From assembly GCA_023231475.1 (NCBI GenBank), contig JALJEE010001598.1, positions 1 to 56,532 of the forward strand: 56,532 bases of DNA, read 5' to 3'. A program made the position numbers and the translations under genes. Shown in pieces: positions 25,067 through 37,600 of the stretch; within the stretch, counting starts at the first letter, position 1; every line of letters begins with the position of its first letter. Source of the DNA: Seison nebaliae. Its lineage: Eukaryota. The notes beneath the pieces were generated by a model. That model was not told the origin of the DNA. It did not search any database and was given only the letters and a program-made list of their open reading frames with translations.

Positions 25067-25938
25067 TAGGTAAGCCGAATTTTCACACACATTTCAAATT
25101 CCAAAATTCCCATTACAATGAAAATATTTTCTATGTTTAATCGTTACCTAAGATCTTATTTCATCTTAGGCATCAACCTATATAAATATCTTTAGCAAAC
25201 ATTTATTAAACAATTTGAAACTTGAAACAATTTACAGTAAACTCAATTTATTCAATATATTTCTAACTAATAGTTATTGCTCAATTAGAATTAGAGAATT
25301 ATTTTTTTTATAGGAGTGAAGAATAGTTATTAATTATCTTCATTTTATGTTTGATGATAATAAAAATGGATGAAAAAGTGAAATGAAAGCGACTCATAGC
25401 CAAAAAAAAGTTTTCTTGAAAATATAACAGTGTTTTAGGAATTGTATATAAAAAATGCGAACAAACACGGAAATATTGAATGAGAACCGAGGAATAATGG
25501 GAATCAAAACGGTTTCACAAATGACAATTTCCTTATAAAATTCCGAAAGACCATCCCTTTACTTTGATGATGTGAAAGCGGTTAGAATTAATTTCCAATC
25601 TTCGACATAATCAGGAAAAGTTGTTGTGGTAATCTTATAATAATTAGGTTGTGTGCAACGAACAAAAAGGTTATAAATATAAAGAAATTAATTTTGTAAG
25701 AATAATAATAACGAAAGATTAGAAAGAAAAAAATTCTTGAAAGTTTTTTTTTGTTATAAATGTTAATAATAATAATTAGAATAAAAATAAAGGAAAAATT
25801 ATTGTTAGAAAAAAAATTTCATCATTCATATTACTTTTTCTCGTCGTTACTTTTTGCATTTGGATGAAAATAATTTATTTCTTAAAAAAGAGTTATTCTA
25901 TTTTCACAGAAATTTTTTTCAATTGAAATCTTCATTCT

Positions 25939-26715
25939 TTACTCTTTATTCTCGCCACCTGCTGCTGGTGCCACGTCGCCACCTCCAGCTGTATCTTCTT
26001 TGTCTTCATTTTCGAGATCGCTCGTCCACAACGTCAGATTATCACGCAACAATTGCATGATTAATGTAGAATCATTATAGTTATTACAATTGATCTTATC
26101 CAAATCAGCCATGGCCTCATCGAAAGCCGTTTTTGCCATATGACACGCACGATCAGGTAGATTCAAAATTTCGTAATAGAATACGGAGAAATTGAGGGCA
26201 AGACCGAGACGAATAGGATGTGTTGATTCCAGTCCTTCCTTAGCGAGAACCATCGCTTCATCATAGGCAGTCTGGGCATTCTTGACTACTTTCTCTCGGA
26301 AATCACCAGTAGCAATTTCAGCGAGATATCGATAGTAATCACCTTTCATTTTGAGGAAGAAGACTTTCGACTCACATTTGGACGCACTAGTTATCAAATA
26401 CTTCTCGAGGAGTTGAATGACTTCTTCACAGATCTCTTGGAGTTCCTTCGCCACTTGTTCTCGATAGTCTTTGATCATTTTTATTTTACTTTCATTCGAA
26501 TCGACCTTCTGCTCAATACCGGTAATAACTCGCCATGATGATCGTCTCTCGCCAATAACGTTCTTGTAGGCGACGCTGAGGAGATTGCGGTCTTCGTTGG
26601 ACAATTCACCACCGATCTCGGTCACCTCTTTCATGGCCTTCGCCATGTCGTGGTATCGTTCGGCTTGTTCGGCTAATTTCGCCTTTTGTATAAGTGCATC
26701 ACGTTCCTTAGTCAT
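25939..26715 (-). CDS. 14-3-3 protein (zeta-like), intronless CDS
   Basis: [67 protein letters not shown]. Confidence 0.97.
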   Translation of the reverse strand: MTKERDALIQKAKLAEQAERYHDMAKAMKEVTEIGGELSNEDRNLLSVAYKNVIGERRSSWRVITGIEQKVDSNESKIKMIKDYREQVAKELQEICEEVIQLLEKYLITSASKCESKVFFLKMKGDYYRYLAEIATGDFREKVVKNAQTAYDEAMVLAKEGLESTHPIRLGLALNFSVFYYEILNLPDRACHMAKTAFDEAMADLDKINCNNYNDSTLIMQLLRDNLTLWTSDLENEDKEDTAGGGDVAPAAGGENKE

Positions 26716-28855
26716 TGTTTTTTTTTAACTGATGATGTGATCACGTTCTTTCCAAAAAGAATTTACAATAAAATAAAAAGATGGAGAATGATATGAAGAG
26801 TACGCGTGTACGTAATCTGTGATGACTAGGAGTGTTTGGGACGATATATAAGAAAAATATTCTTGCGAAAGAAAATTTGTAACAAATTTTATCTTCTCAG
26901 TTAATTCCTGAACGATTTTTATACTGGACCGTATATGTAAAAATTTCTTCGAACAACTCCCAACGAAGCAGCGATGGTGTACGGGCACGATTTGTGGCAG
27001 CGATCCCTTCCCTACATTACCTGTTTCTCTTTCCTTCTCCCTTCCTTACCTATAACCATGTCCATTATCAATCAGACGAGAGATATGCGTCATGCTTCAT
27101 ATGTACAACAGAAACCATTTATTCAGGTTCATATATACGGCATTTTATTATTATTATTATTTCTCTCCCATCAACAATCCGGCCCTCTCTCCCGTTTTCT
27201 ACATATCCACCGGCCATACATATACATAAAATTTAATGACTCGTACTCTCGAACACACACACAGAGAGACATATAAAGATTTCACGTAGGATTTAGTACA
27301 AAATATTTTGTTATGTGGCCACGTCGCCGTCATTCGAATTGAGAAGAATAATTATCATAACAATCATAGAGAGAACATTTAATTTATGAGTTTTCTGTAT
27401 TATTCTTCGATTTTCAAGTAGCAAGAAATGGAGTTCTCTTACGTTTACGCACTTTCCATACTAATATGATTATTATTCTTGTTTGGATGATGGAAGAATA
27501 ATGGTTTTATTAAGTTCAAACCATATTATTGTTGTTTGCGTATATGCGTGTGTGTGTGTGTGTGGAAAGAGAATGGGAAAGAACATTCGATCGAATTCAT
27601 TCCCACAATGTCTCCTATGGCAAATGTTTGGGAAAAGGAAATTGCGGAAGAATATCAATTTTTCCATTTATCAGTTAATGGATCTTACTTCTCCCGTAGT
27701 CGAATGAAGAAATGGAACGAAATAGAAAAGGAGAAAACGATTATGAAAAAAGATTGAAAATATTTCACGATTGACGATCTAACGATCCATTCAACGAAAT
27801 AAATCAAAATTATCAAATTAACATGATTTATTGTGAAGGAATATGTCATGAAGTCAAATGATCCAGAGAACATTTTCCAACAGAAGTTTTCATTCATATT
27901 CTACAAATACTAACTCGCTAGCTAGTTAGTCAGTTGAGAGAGTAAGAATAATAGAATTTACTTAAAAGAGAATGAAATTCTTCTCACACTTTTTTCTACA
28001 TTAAATGTTCGATTGCACATTACAATTCATTCAATCAACTCTTAATCGGGAGCAGTTAGTAAGGAAAAGAACAAATAAGTAAAGAGGCATATTAATGATA
28101 ATAATATTGGTAATTATTATTAGATTGTGCTTTCCACTTCTCCTCTCTCTCTACATTATGCACTACTTGCATCCAGTCCCTTCTCAAAACCTATTTCATT
28201 TCCATGTCGAATATGGCGAGATGATTCTTATTAAACAATCATCTCCATTATTTCCCAATTTCACATTTGCTTTTCCCAATAAATGCAGAATTTTTCCAAC
28301 TATTCGTCATTATTCAATTGAATATATGGAATATAATTCATTCCGTTACATTTCACTCATTTCACATGAATTCACTTTTTGTCCAAAAGCAAACACTTAA
28401 CTACTTAATATCGTCTCAAGAGAATTTGAATATCTAAAGGAAACTTAGAAATTTCTAACTAAACTCAAATTTTCATCAAAAATTACAAGAAAGAATTTAA
28501 GATGAAAATTGAACGAATGTAGATATTGAAATAAGCAGAAAGATGTAAAAATAAATAATTTCTCTTCTTACACTTCACATGTGACAAATAGTGGAAATTC
28601 CAATTTTAACATGCGATTTTTGAATTGAATAAGTTTAATAGTGAAAGTCTTACGTTTCAGTTCGAAGAGTCATGCTAAAAAGTTTCACTAGATGTTAGCA
28701 AGGACGTTCGTTAAAAGTTTTATTTAAATATCATGTCAAAGTTCAGAGTTTTTTTTTGAAAGACATTGAAATTTTTAGAATTTAACATGCTTATTCATCA
28801 AACTTGGAAGAATTGTAAATTTGAAGCTTTAAATAGAAATGGGACTAGAAATAAA

Positions 28856-29296
28856 ATGAACCCAAACCTTCTTAGACTTTTTCGCTTCAACAAATTGGTT
28901 CAAATTAGTAACAGGAAAATTTTTGGGAAGCCAAAACGATCGACAATTCCTTATGATAAACGATTTAAATTGACACCGAAAAGTGCGGGGCCAGCGAAAC
29001 GTGGTGGATACGAAGAATGGGGTCAATTACCTGAAGTGAAATATGGAACAGAAGAAACGGGTATGTTTATTAATGGTAAATTTTATCATGATAAGAATAT
29101 GGAAATCGAATGGATCGTTCCATCTCAAGAAGATATGAAGAATTGTAAATTAAAACCATACGTCAGTTATAACGTGGAGGAAGTTTGGACGGAAGAATTG
29201 TCAGCGAAAGAATTATATGAGAAATGTTTGATGAATGAAGATATGAATGAGTTTAAGACACTTAAGACGAAGAAGAAGAAAAATGTAATGAACTAA
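28856..29296 (+). CDS. MRPL41: Mitochondrial ribosomal protein mL41
   Basis: Basic presequence-like MNPNLLRLFRF; GKFY....EWIVP....KLKPYVSY signature. Confidence 0.85.
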   Translation: MNPNLLRLFRFNKLVQISNRKIFGKPKRSTIPYDKRFKLTPKSAGPAKRGGYEEWGQLPEVKYGTEETGMFINGKFYHDKNMEIEWIVPSQEDMKNCKLKPYVSYNVEEVWTEELSAKELYEKCLMNEDMNEFKTLKTKKKKNVMN

Positions 29297-29382
29297 ACTT
29301 TTTTATAGAAAAAACAATTTTTTAAAATACAATTATTCTAAAACCTGAAAATTCTGCAATTTCCTTTCATCTTCTCTCTTAA

Positions 29383-30426
29383 TTAGACGGTTGTCGTATG
29401 TTTGTCATTGTCTTTCTCATTTACCTCGTTCTTCAGAATGGACATGGGAGTATTATTGACAGGATTACTCGCATATAAATACGTCGCTAGTGAGACGAGA
29501 GCGATTGCAAGAAAAGTAAATTTGTCGATCGGTATGGAGAAAATGATCCAAGAGAGAATTCCTGTGAATAACAATTCGAGAGCACTGGCGAATACTTTGA
29601 GAATAGAATTAAGATTGCGAAGGAAAAATGCCGTCACTAATCCGATCAGAGCGTTAATGACAATGATGGAGATGACGGAAGTGTTGAGTAGTTCGGAAGT
29701 GAAAGCCGTTGGTAAATCGTGCATAGAAATGAGAATGATGAAATTTAAAATTGCCGAATCGGCATACATGAACATGTTTTGTAACATGAAATTCACCTTA
29801 AGTCCATCACGTTTCAAAAGATATTCGTTATAAACGCCAGCGAATGATGAACAGAAGACCTGAATGAGAATGTACAATAATGAAATGTTGAAAATGAGTG
29901 ATGAGAGATCGTGTGAAGTTGATGTGGTCTTGTGTACGGAAGAGAATTGTTTCGTGATACATCCCACCATCAGAATGATTAATGACAACCATTGAACTTT
30001 CGACAGATTCTTCTTGAATAGAAATTGAAAAAGAACACCAGTAACAATAACACGTAATTGGAGTAACAAATAATAAGTTGTCGGATCATAAGATTGGAGG
30101 TTGATGAATGTCAAATTATTATAGAAACAATAGAGTAATGACGGAATACCATAAAGTAAGAATAGTTTCTTATACATCACAATTTCCGAGAAGAGTTTTT
30201 TAAATGAACGATTCTCTTTATAATAAGCGGAAACAGCCATGATCAATTTGAGCACTTCCGTCAGGAAAACGGGAACGATCGTTTTATATTTATAAGAATT
30301 GTCACTCGATTGAGACGCCGTTACCATAAGGCCTTGACTCACGAATAATCCCATATAAGAAACGAAAATTACAGCGGATAGTTTAGTAGGAAATAATTCC
30401 TGCAATTTCTCTCCAAACGAGCTCAT
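29383..30426 (-). CDS. SLC35A-family nucleotide-sugar transporter, senju-like
   Basis: ELFPTKL..IF..YMGLFVSQG..VTASQ, PSLLYCFYNNL, DPTTYYLLLQLR, AGVYNEYLLK, LNSILKVFASALEL; ATG at 30426. Confidence 0.9.
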   Translation of the reverse strand: MSSFGEKLQELFPTKLSAVIFVSYMGLFVSQGLMVTASQSSDNSYKYKTIVPVFLTEVLKLIMAVSAYYKENRSFKKLFSEIVMYKKLFLLYGIPSLLYCFYNNLTFINLQSYDPTTYYLLLQLRVIVTGVLFQFLFKKNLSKVQWLSLIILMVGCITKQFSSVHKTTSTSHDLSSLIFNISLLYILIQVFCSSFAGVYNEYLLKRDGLKVNFMLQNMFMYADSAILNFIILISMHDLPTAFTSELLNTSVISIIVINALIGLVTAFFLRNLNSILKVFASALELLFTGILSWIIFSIPIDKFTFLAIALVSLATYLYASNPVNNTPMSILKNEVNEKDNDKHTTTV

Positions 30427-30726
30427 CCTTTTACTTTCGATTTGGATTGAATTAAATAAATTTTTATTTTCGTAAGATAAATGCAAATTTACAAAGCACG
30501 TTCAATGATTAATATGATGTTTTGTGATGTTTGACGATGATAAGAATAAAAAATTTTTTTCTCTTTTCTCCTTATGGGACGTCTCGTAGCTTTGTATTCA
30601 AACTCGCGAAATTGTTTCATAAATTTATTTAAAGAAAATAATAGTTGAAAAATGAGATGTTTAACAAAAGATTATAATATTTGCATTGTTTACCCTGGGA
30701 AACGGAAGAAAAGAAGATGGATAAAT

Positions 30727-31455
30727 TTAACCAAATCTTTTCACGACTTTCGGTGGTTCAGCTGCCACTATGCCAATCTGCGATAATCGTCTTAAACATT
30801 TCTGTGATAAATTCCCAAATTTCTCATGTCGGGGTACTTGTTCGTAGGTAACTAGATCATTATTCTTCTGATCTGAACTTCGTTCTAATAATCGATCGTA
30901 ATAATAAAGCGATTTATCAACACCTGCCATATGAGATTCCATAGCAATAAGTTTCTTCTTTAATGGTTGTTTCTTTTTTTTCGATATGAAGAACTTTTTC
31001 TCATCACCTTTACTGACACGAATAGATGGTGGATATACTCGTGGAATTATCTCACTATTTTTCATGCCATTACTTATCATTTCATTCATGTCAATCATTT
31101 TATCGAGATGAGGAAACGTCGTATCATCCTCACCATCTACATCGGTTGTTTTCTCCGATTCGCTAGTGATGGGAAGATGAGTAGCGGAAATTTTTTGTTC
31201 AAGAGCCGAAAATGTTTTTTGAATATTCAATTCTTTTTTACGATGTAAATTAAGTACTTTTCTCGCCGTAAATGGTTTCTTGTTTGAATTGAAATTGTTT
31301 TTATTTGAGCAAAATGAAACTTGTTTCATCAATGATGATAACGTCGGTTGTTGATATCGAGGAGTGGAATAACAACCTTTTATCGTTGACAAAGAAGACG
31401 GATGATTCTTTAGAAGATTATCCAACTTCATTCCGTAAGAACAGGTGTAATCCAT
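30727..31455 (-). CDS. Hypothetical protein, 242 aa
   Basis: Uninterrupted ATG ORF in AT-rich DNA between two genes; PRYQQPTLSSLMK resembles the PRY..PT.SS..K motif of microtubule-associated proteins. Confidence 0.6.
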   Translation of the reverse strand: MDYTCSYGMKLDNLLKNHPSSLSTIKGCYSTPRYQQPTLSSLMKQVSFCSNKNNFNSNKKPFTARKVLNLHRKKELNIQKTFSALEQKISATHLPITSESEKTTDVDGEDDTTFPHLDKMIDMNEMISNGMKNSEIIPRVYPPSIRVSKGDEKKFFISKKKKQPLKKKLIAMESHMAGVDKSLYYYDRLLERSSDQKNNDLVTYEQVPRHEKFGNLSQKCLRRLSQIGIVAAEPPKVVKRFG

Positions 31456-31539
31456 AACGATTTTTCGTGGCCGTTGTAGCCAACAGAAAAATTGAAAAAA
31501 TTAGATGAAATTGAAAATTAAAGAATTCGAATTTTTATT

Positions 31540-32758
31540 CTAATAAAATCGACAGCGGATTTTATGTACCGGCGAGTTGTTAATTAATTGTTGGTATTTC
31601 TTCGCCATTCGCCATAAAACATAATCGATATCGATCGCTTTCAATTTACTCTTTTGTCTCTCCTCAAATAATTTCACTAATTTCTCCACCGCAATTATTG
31701 AGGCTGATCGAATCTCAACTTCCATCGATTCACCTGATTCGAACAAATGTCCATTATTAATTTTATTTAATAATTCTTCCGAATATTTTATCGTACTAAA
31801 ATGAACGAGAATTTGTGGAACTCTTCGAAATATGATGAAATTATGATGATAATTTAATAAAAAAAAATATTTTGAATTTAAAATAAAACCGGTAATCAGC
31901 GAACATTGTCAATAGATTTATATCATTAAATTGACATAATTCATTCTGTGGAAGTTGTGAATGAAGGTCGGAAATTAGAATTTGTGGTTTCTTCATAAAA
32001 TAAACTAAACGAATATAATGAAATTAATTCAATTAAATTCTAATCAAACTAATTTTTCCTTTATAATGAGCAAAATCTCGAAAAAAAGGAAAATTATTCC
32101 ATAATAAACAAAGGCATTTCATGGCACTGTTATCGCCCAATTTCAGGAAATTAGAAAAACTTCCCCCAAACTCCTCCACAAGTATCTTACCAGCTTCTTG
32201 ACAAATTCTCACTCGTTCTTCTTTCATTGGAATATCTAAATTTTCATCAACTAATTCTTCCAATTTCTTCCATTCATCTATCGTCAATTTATGATAAAAT
32301 TCTGGTGACCAAATAGGAACGTTTTTCTTTTCTAACACGTATCGAATTTAATCAATCCACCAAAGTTCTAACTTCGATTAATTGATTGATGAAATTACAA
32401 AAAGAAGCATACCCAGTAAATCTTTTACGATCTATATCGATCGTATTATTTTCAATTGTCTTCGTCTCAACATCTTCTTTCCAGAACGAAAAGTTTAATG
32501 CATCAACAATAAAAATCCTTAAAGGAATAAATTAAAATCTTGAACAATTGAAATTGAAATTAACAAATCTATAAAGTTTGAATCATTTTTAAGTCGATGC
32601 AGTTCCATATTGGACTCTTCGCATTTCTCCTTCGCCATTTCATCAATCAATTTCTCAAAATCTTCTTCTTTTCCTAATTTCACATGATCACTATTATCGA
32701 CGACGAACTGAGTCGAATCGATAATCATTCTATGCGACCATTTACTGATACTTTCCAT
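31540..32758 (-). CDS. QNG1: Queuosine salvage protein (C9orf64/QNG1), 5 exons
   Basis: IFIVDALNFSFW, FPFFRD, LTMFADYRVPQIL, EVEIRSASIIAVE, IDYVLW, HKIRCRFY. Confidence 0.9.
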
Positions 32759-33004
32759 TCTTATTTACTTTTCTCAATCACTCTCCGAATTAAAGCTACC
32801 ACACTAAATTTAATAAATAACTTGTCCAAAATGGAATATTGTCACTCAATATTTCCTCAATCTCAAACATCTTTCAATCATCAAAAAATTACAGAAGTTT
32901 AGTTCAAAGTCATCATTCTTTTCTTTACAATTATTTAATAATTTTTATTTTTTTGTACGATAAATATATGATGAAAAAATTGTTAAAAAATGAACAATTT
33001 CCGA

Positions 33005-33235
33005 CTGCGATTAACAGACTGATAAAATTACAAAAAGAAGCATAATATTTTCGGATCAATGTCGATCATATTATTCTCAATTCTCTTATTTTCATCAGCT
33101 TCATTCCAAAAGGAAATGTTTAATGCATCAACAAGAAAAATTCTTCTATTCTTAAAAGTTTTTATTGTTCGTAATTGTTTTTCTTATTTAAAAATTTGAG
33201 ATTTAACAAATCTAATTGAACTTGTCGTTTATTCG
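33005..33235 (-). pseudogene. Partial tandem duplicate of QNG1 (end of exon 1, intron 1, exon 2)
   Basis: IFLVDALNISFWNE..IENNMIDID, then frameshifted YASFCNFI; TAGATTT|GTTAA junction retained. Confidence 0.8.
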
Positions 33236-33456
33236 ATGATTATAAATATCATCTGTATATTTAAATGTGTTTTAAATGTGGGTATTTGTTAAACGTGTAT
33301 TTTGGGGAGACAACATATCATAAGTGTCATTTGAAGAACCATTTCGTTTATATGGATTTCGAAAAGAAGTTACTTTCATCTCTATATAAATATTTCGGAG
33401 AAAATTAAGCATTAGTATTGGATCTTCACAATATAGTTTAAAGTTTTTGTTCAAAA

Positions 33457-34621
33457 ATGAGTTTATCACAAAAAGAAATTTTGTACGAAATTGTAATTCG
33501 AAATATTCCTAATGATTGCGACAGAAAAGTTTTGAATGATTTCATCAATAATTATAATGCAGTATCTTATTCAATTAATGCTATGGACGACAGATATGAT
33601 TTGTTAGTGTTTTTATGATAATTCTTAATTCAAGTTTAATTCTAATAGATTTGAATTGAAATTACATTTCAGTAATCGAATAGACGCAGAGAATTTCGTC
33701 CACAATGACAAGATGCATCAAGTACAGAAGATGCCTGGGACGACATATAATCGTTTGAATGTTCCTGTTGATCAATTAGCGTCGGAAAATCCGATACCTA
33801 TCGAATTGGTAACATTCGTTGATCCAGAATGTGTGGCTCATGCCAGAGTGATTAACACAGGGAAACGTTTACAAATTTTATTGGAAGTTCGACGATCGAA
33901 TTCGAACGAGATGACTCGAATTGAAGAACAACCGATAACACCGATTACAACCGACAAGGTTTCAATTGATGAAATTCCGATAGAAATGACACGAAAGTTT
34001 TGGTGTAATATCACGTCGAAAATATATTTCCTGATAGGACTTGAACATTATTTCCCGAAACATCATGGTCTCTGTGATGATTTCTTTTTGGCACATGCTG
34101 TTAATGAATATTATTTTTTCGGAAGAACATATGCTCAGAATGTGCGTTTACGCATTTTGGAGAAAGAAATGGCTACATTTGATGAAACACAAAGTAACAA
34201 TAAAATTTCACTTAAAGCAGGTGATTTACGAGTCGTTCAATATGCATTCAAATTAGTCAGGTTAATTTTTTCATTTTTCACATTCAAAAATATTTTATTT
34301 TTATATATTTTTTTATTTATTTAAATATTTCTTATCAGAGTGTATGTTGTAGAAAATGAGCCGAAATTATTTCTAATCGATTATGGGAATTTTATCGATT
34401 CAAAAGAAGTGCAATCTTTTCGTGATACCACTCCAAAAATATGGTTCACAGCTCCATTAATGTTTGCTTTTAGATCGAAGAATGAAAATTTCAAAATGGT
34501 AACAAACTCGCAATCTGACACAATCAAATTTCAAATTACACATACCGAATTAAAACGTCAAGAACAAAATCAATTCTATTCGATAATTGAGTTTAATGTG
34601 ACGAACAATATATATAAATAA
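33457..34621 (+). CDS. RRM-like plus Tudor-like domain protein, 3 exons
   Basis: IVIRNIP and LHFSNRIDAENFV (RRM-like); LKAGDLRVVQY..VRVYV...LFLIDYGN (Tudor-like); introns at 33603-33648 and 34261-34338. Confidence 0.65.
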
Positions 34622-34698
34622 AGAATATTTGACAATTAATTAATCGTTTTTTTTTGTTTCCTGAATAAATATCTTTTTACAAATACTCACTTTCCTCC

Positions 34699-37600
34699 TC
34701 AAATATCGATGACGGCGCTATGATATTTATTACCGGTTGATCCTTTCAAAAACTGTTTTATTCCACTTGCTTTCCCGAAAATTAATTTCGTTGCAGGATT
34801 CTCACTCGATAATTTTACGCACGAGGTCGTTGAGGTTTCATTGAGTGGAGTATCGAGACTTTCAATTTTCGCATTTTCAATAATTTCCATTTTTTTCTCT
34901 GAAACGATTATGAAATTACCATGAATGAAATAATGAATAACGATCAGGAATACTTGGACGACGAGATCGTTGTTTATTATCGATTGCAGTATTGGAAATC
35001 GATTCCATCACTTTAGAAGAGAATGATTGTTTGTTTTGTAAACGTTTCTGCCACAATTCCCGGAATTCATGGTCGGAGAATTCAGCGGCATCAGATACCA
35101 CTTCAAGTGTTATACGTTCTTCTTCAAGTGTTTTCGATGTGAGAAATTTTGAGATCATTGTTCGTACGAGAGCACATGGAATTAATTCAGATTCACGTAA
35201 CTCATATTGGCGATCTAACGAACAGGTTAATACAGGTTAAATTTTTAAATATTCTTAAATAACTTAAAAGTTTCAACTCGTCGATTTCTTTCTTATAAAC
35301 ATTTACGGATGATAAATCGGAAGATATTTCCAACCATTTTTTTTCCGATTCCTCTTTTTGTCTCTACAATTTCATTATTCTTCTTCAATTCCCAAATCAT
35401 ACCAACTTTTAATTCATTAATTTCCATTCTTTTATTTTCGATTGTCTTATTCAATTCTCGTTCCACATAAATCTTCCTATCCAAATTTTCATTCAACACA
35501 GCACTCTTACCTAAACAGAATCGATAAAGAAATTTATGAGGATAAATTCCAACCGGATAATATACGAATCGTTTCTTCAAGTTCATTGATGCGATTCTCA
35601 TTCTCATTCATCAATTTATTCCAACGTTCCTTTTCTACTTTGTCATGTATTTTCTTCTTTTCCGCCAAATGCAAAATTGCTGTACTTCGTTCTTCTTTCA
35701 TTAACGCTTCTTTCCTATCATAAAATTTAATTTTTATTAATTTTTTAAAGTATCAAAACTTTATCTCATCCATTCGTTGTTTGAGACTAACAAGTTCTAT
35801 CTCGTAATTTTGACATCTTTTTCGTAACTCATCCTCTCGTTCCGCCTGTTTCAAACCAGTTATATCAAGTTCTGATTCTTTCTCTATCAAATGTTGTTTC
35901 AATCGTTCGAATCGATCTTTCCATTGATCTCTTTCATTTTCTGTTGATTGTAATACTAATAATTTATTGTTAATAATTATACATTTCATTTCATTCCATA
36001 AAGAAATTCAAACATTTTTCTATTTTATTAATTTCTTTCTGTTTCCTCGAAATTTCTTCTTGATCAATCTCAAATATGTTCAAATTAGGAAAATTTAGTT
36101 TTCCACAAAAAATACTAACAAATTCATTATTCAAAAAGTTTTCTAATTCCGGTTCCAATTTACTTAAACGGTTCGAATAGTTCTTTATTTCTTTTTCAAT
36201 CTCTTCATGTTGTGTCATCAAATCTAAATTGAGTTCTGGAATCAAAAACATTCAAATATTTTAAGAGCGATCATTGAAATGGAAACTTCTTTCATCTTCG
36301 TAATTTTGGGATAACTCGAAACATTTCTCCTTACGACTAATGAGTTGTTGAAGATATTTTTCTTTTTCGTCAACTGCGATTTGAATTTCTTCTCCTCTTA
36401 TTTCTAATTGAGTATTCAACTCATCAATTTTGTTCTTCATTTTATGAATCTCATTAAATTTCTCCGATAAAATTTCTCCATTTTTTTCTTAAAAAAAACA
36501 TACATTCATTTAATTGAAATATTTTTAGAAACAAACCAATTTTTTCCAATAATTGCTTATTCCTCGATTGTTCATTTACAATTATTTCCTTATATCTCGC
36601 CTCTTCTTTCGTCAATCTTTCATCGACGTCTTCCACCAATTTTTTGAATTCTCCAACTTTCATCTCTAATGATTGATTCTCGTTTCTAATTCTTTCATTT
36701 TCCTGTTCTTGCGATTCATTCTGTTCAGTTAAATTTGCATTCGTTTTCAATAACTGCTCAATTTTTTCATTCATTTCATTTAACGTTTCTATCGTTTTCT
36801 CTTGAACTTCTTCAATTTTATTTTTTTTTTCTAAAAGTTTCGATTCGTAACATTTCTTCATTTCTTCCTTCTCATGAGATATCTTCTCCAGTTCGAATTG
36901 AATTTTTTCAATATTCTGATGGAACTCGTCGTCAGATCTTCGAGAATCAGTTGCAGATAAATTTTTTATTTCATCCAATTCCGACGAAATTTCGATGTTT
37001 TCTATTTTCATTTTTTCCATTTCAGAATGCAATTCAGATTTCTCTTTTTTAACTTCCTCTAAACTCCCAAGCATCTCAATATTCTCCGTTTCCATTTTTT
37101 TTAAATTGGATACAATTTCACATTTTTCATTCCTCACAAATTCCAATTCTGTTAACATTTCCGATTTTTCTTTCTCCATCTTTTCTAAGTGGGAAGAAAT
37201 TTCACAATTCTCCATATTAAATTCTTCGATCTTAGTTGAAAATTCTGAATTTTCTTTCTTCAAATTTTCCAATTCTATTGAAATTTCAGATTTCTCCATT
37301 TTGAACTTATTTAATTCCCGTTTGCAATTATCTTCTTCCGTTGTGTATTGGTCGAGAAGATTTTTCAATTTGTCATTATCATCGTCCAATTCAGTAATAC
37401 GTTCTTGTTGAGCTTGAACGTCGCTAGTTAATGATTCACAGGTATCGATGAGGATCAGTTTCTCCTTCTCAAATTCTTCTTCGATTTGAACTTGTTGAAT
37501 TTGATATTTATCTTCCAACACGATTCTATTTAATTCCATTTCCTTTAATTTTTCATTAAATTTATTTTCATTTTCCAATAATTCATCTTTCAACAATTTA

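Noticed and set aside
26725..28400. Short ORFs between 14-3-3 and MRPL41
   Set aside because: Low-complexity and microsatellite-derived translations; more likely UTR, intron or promoter sequence.
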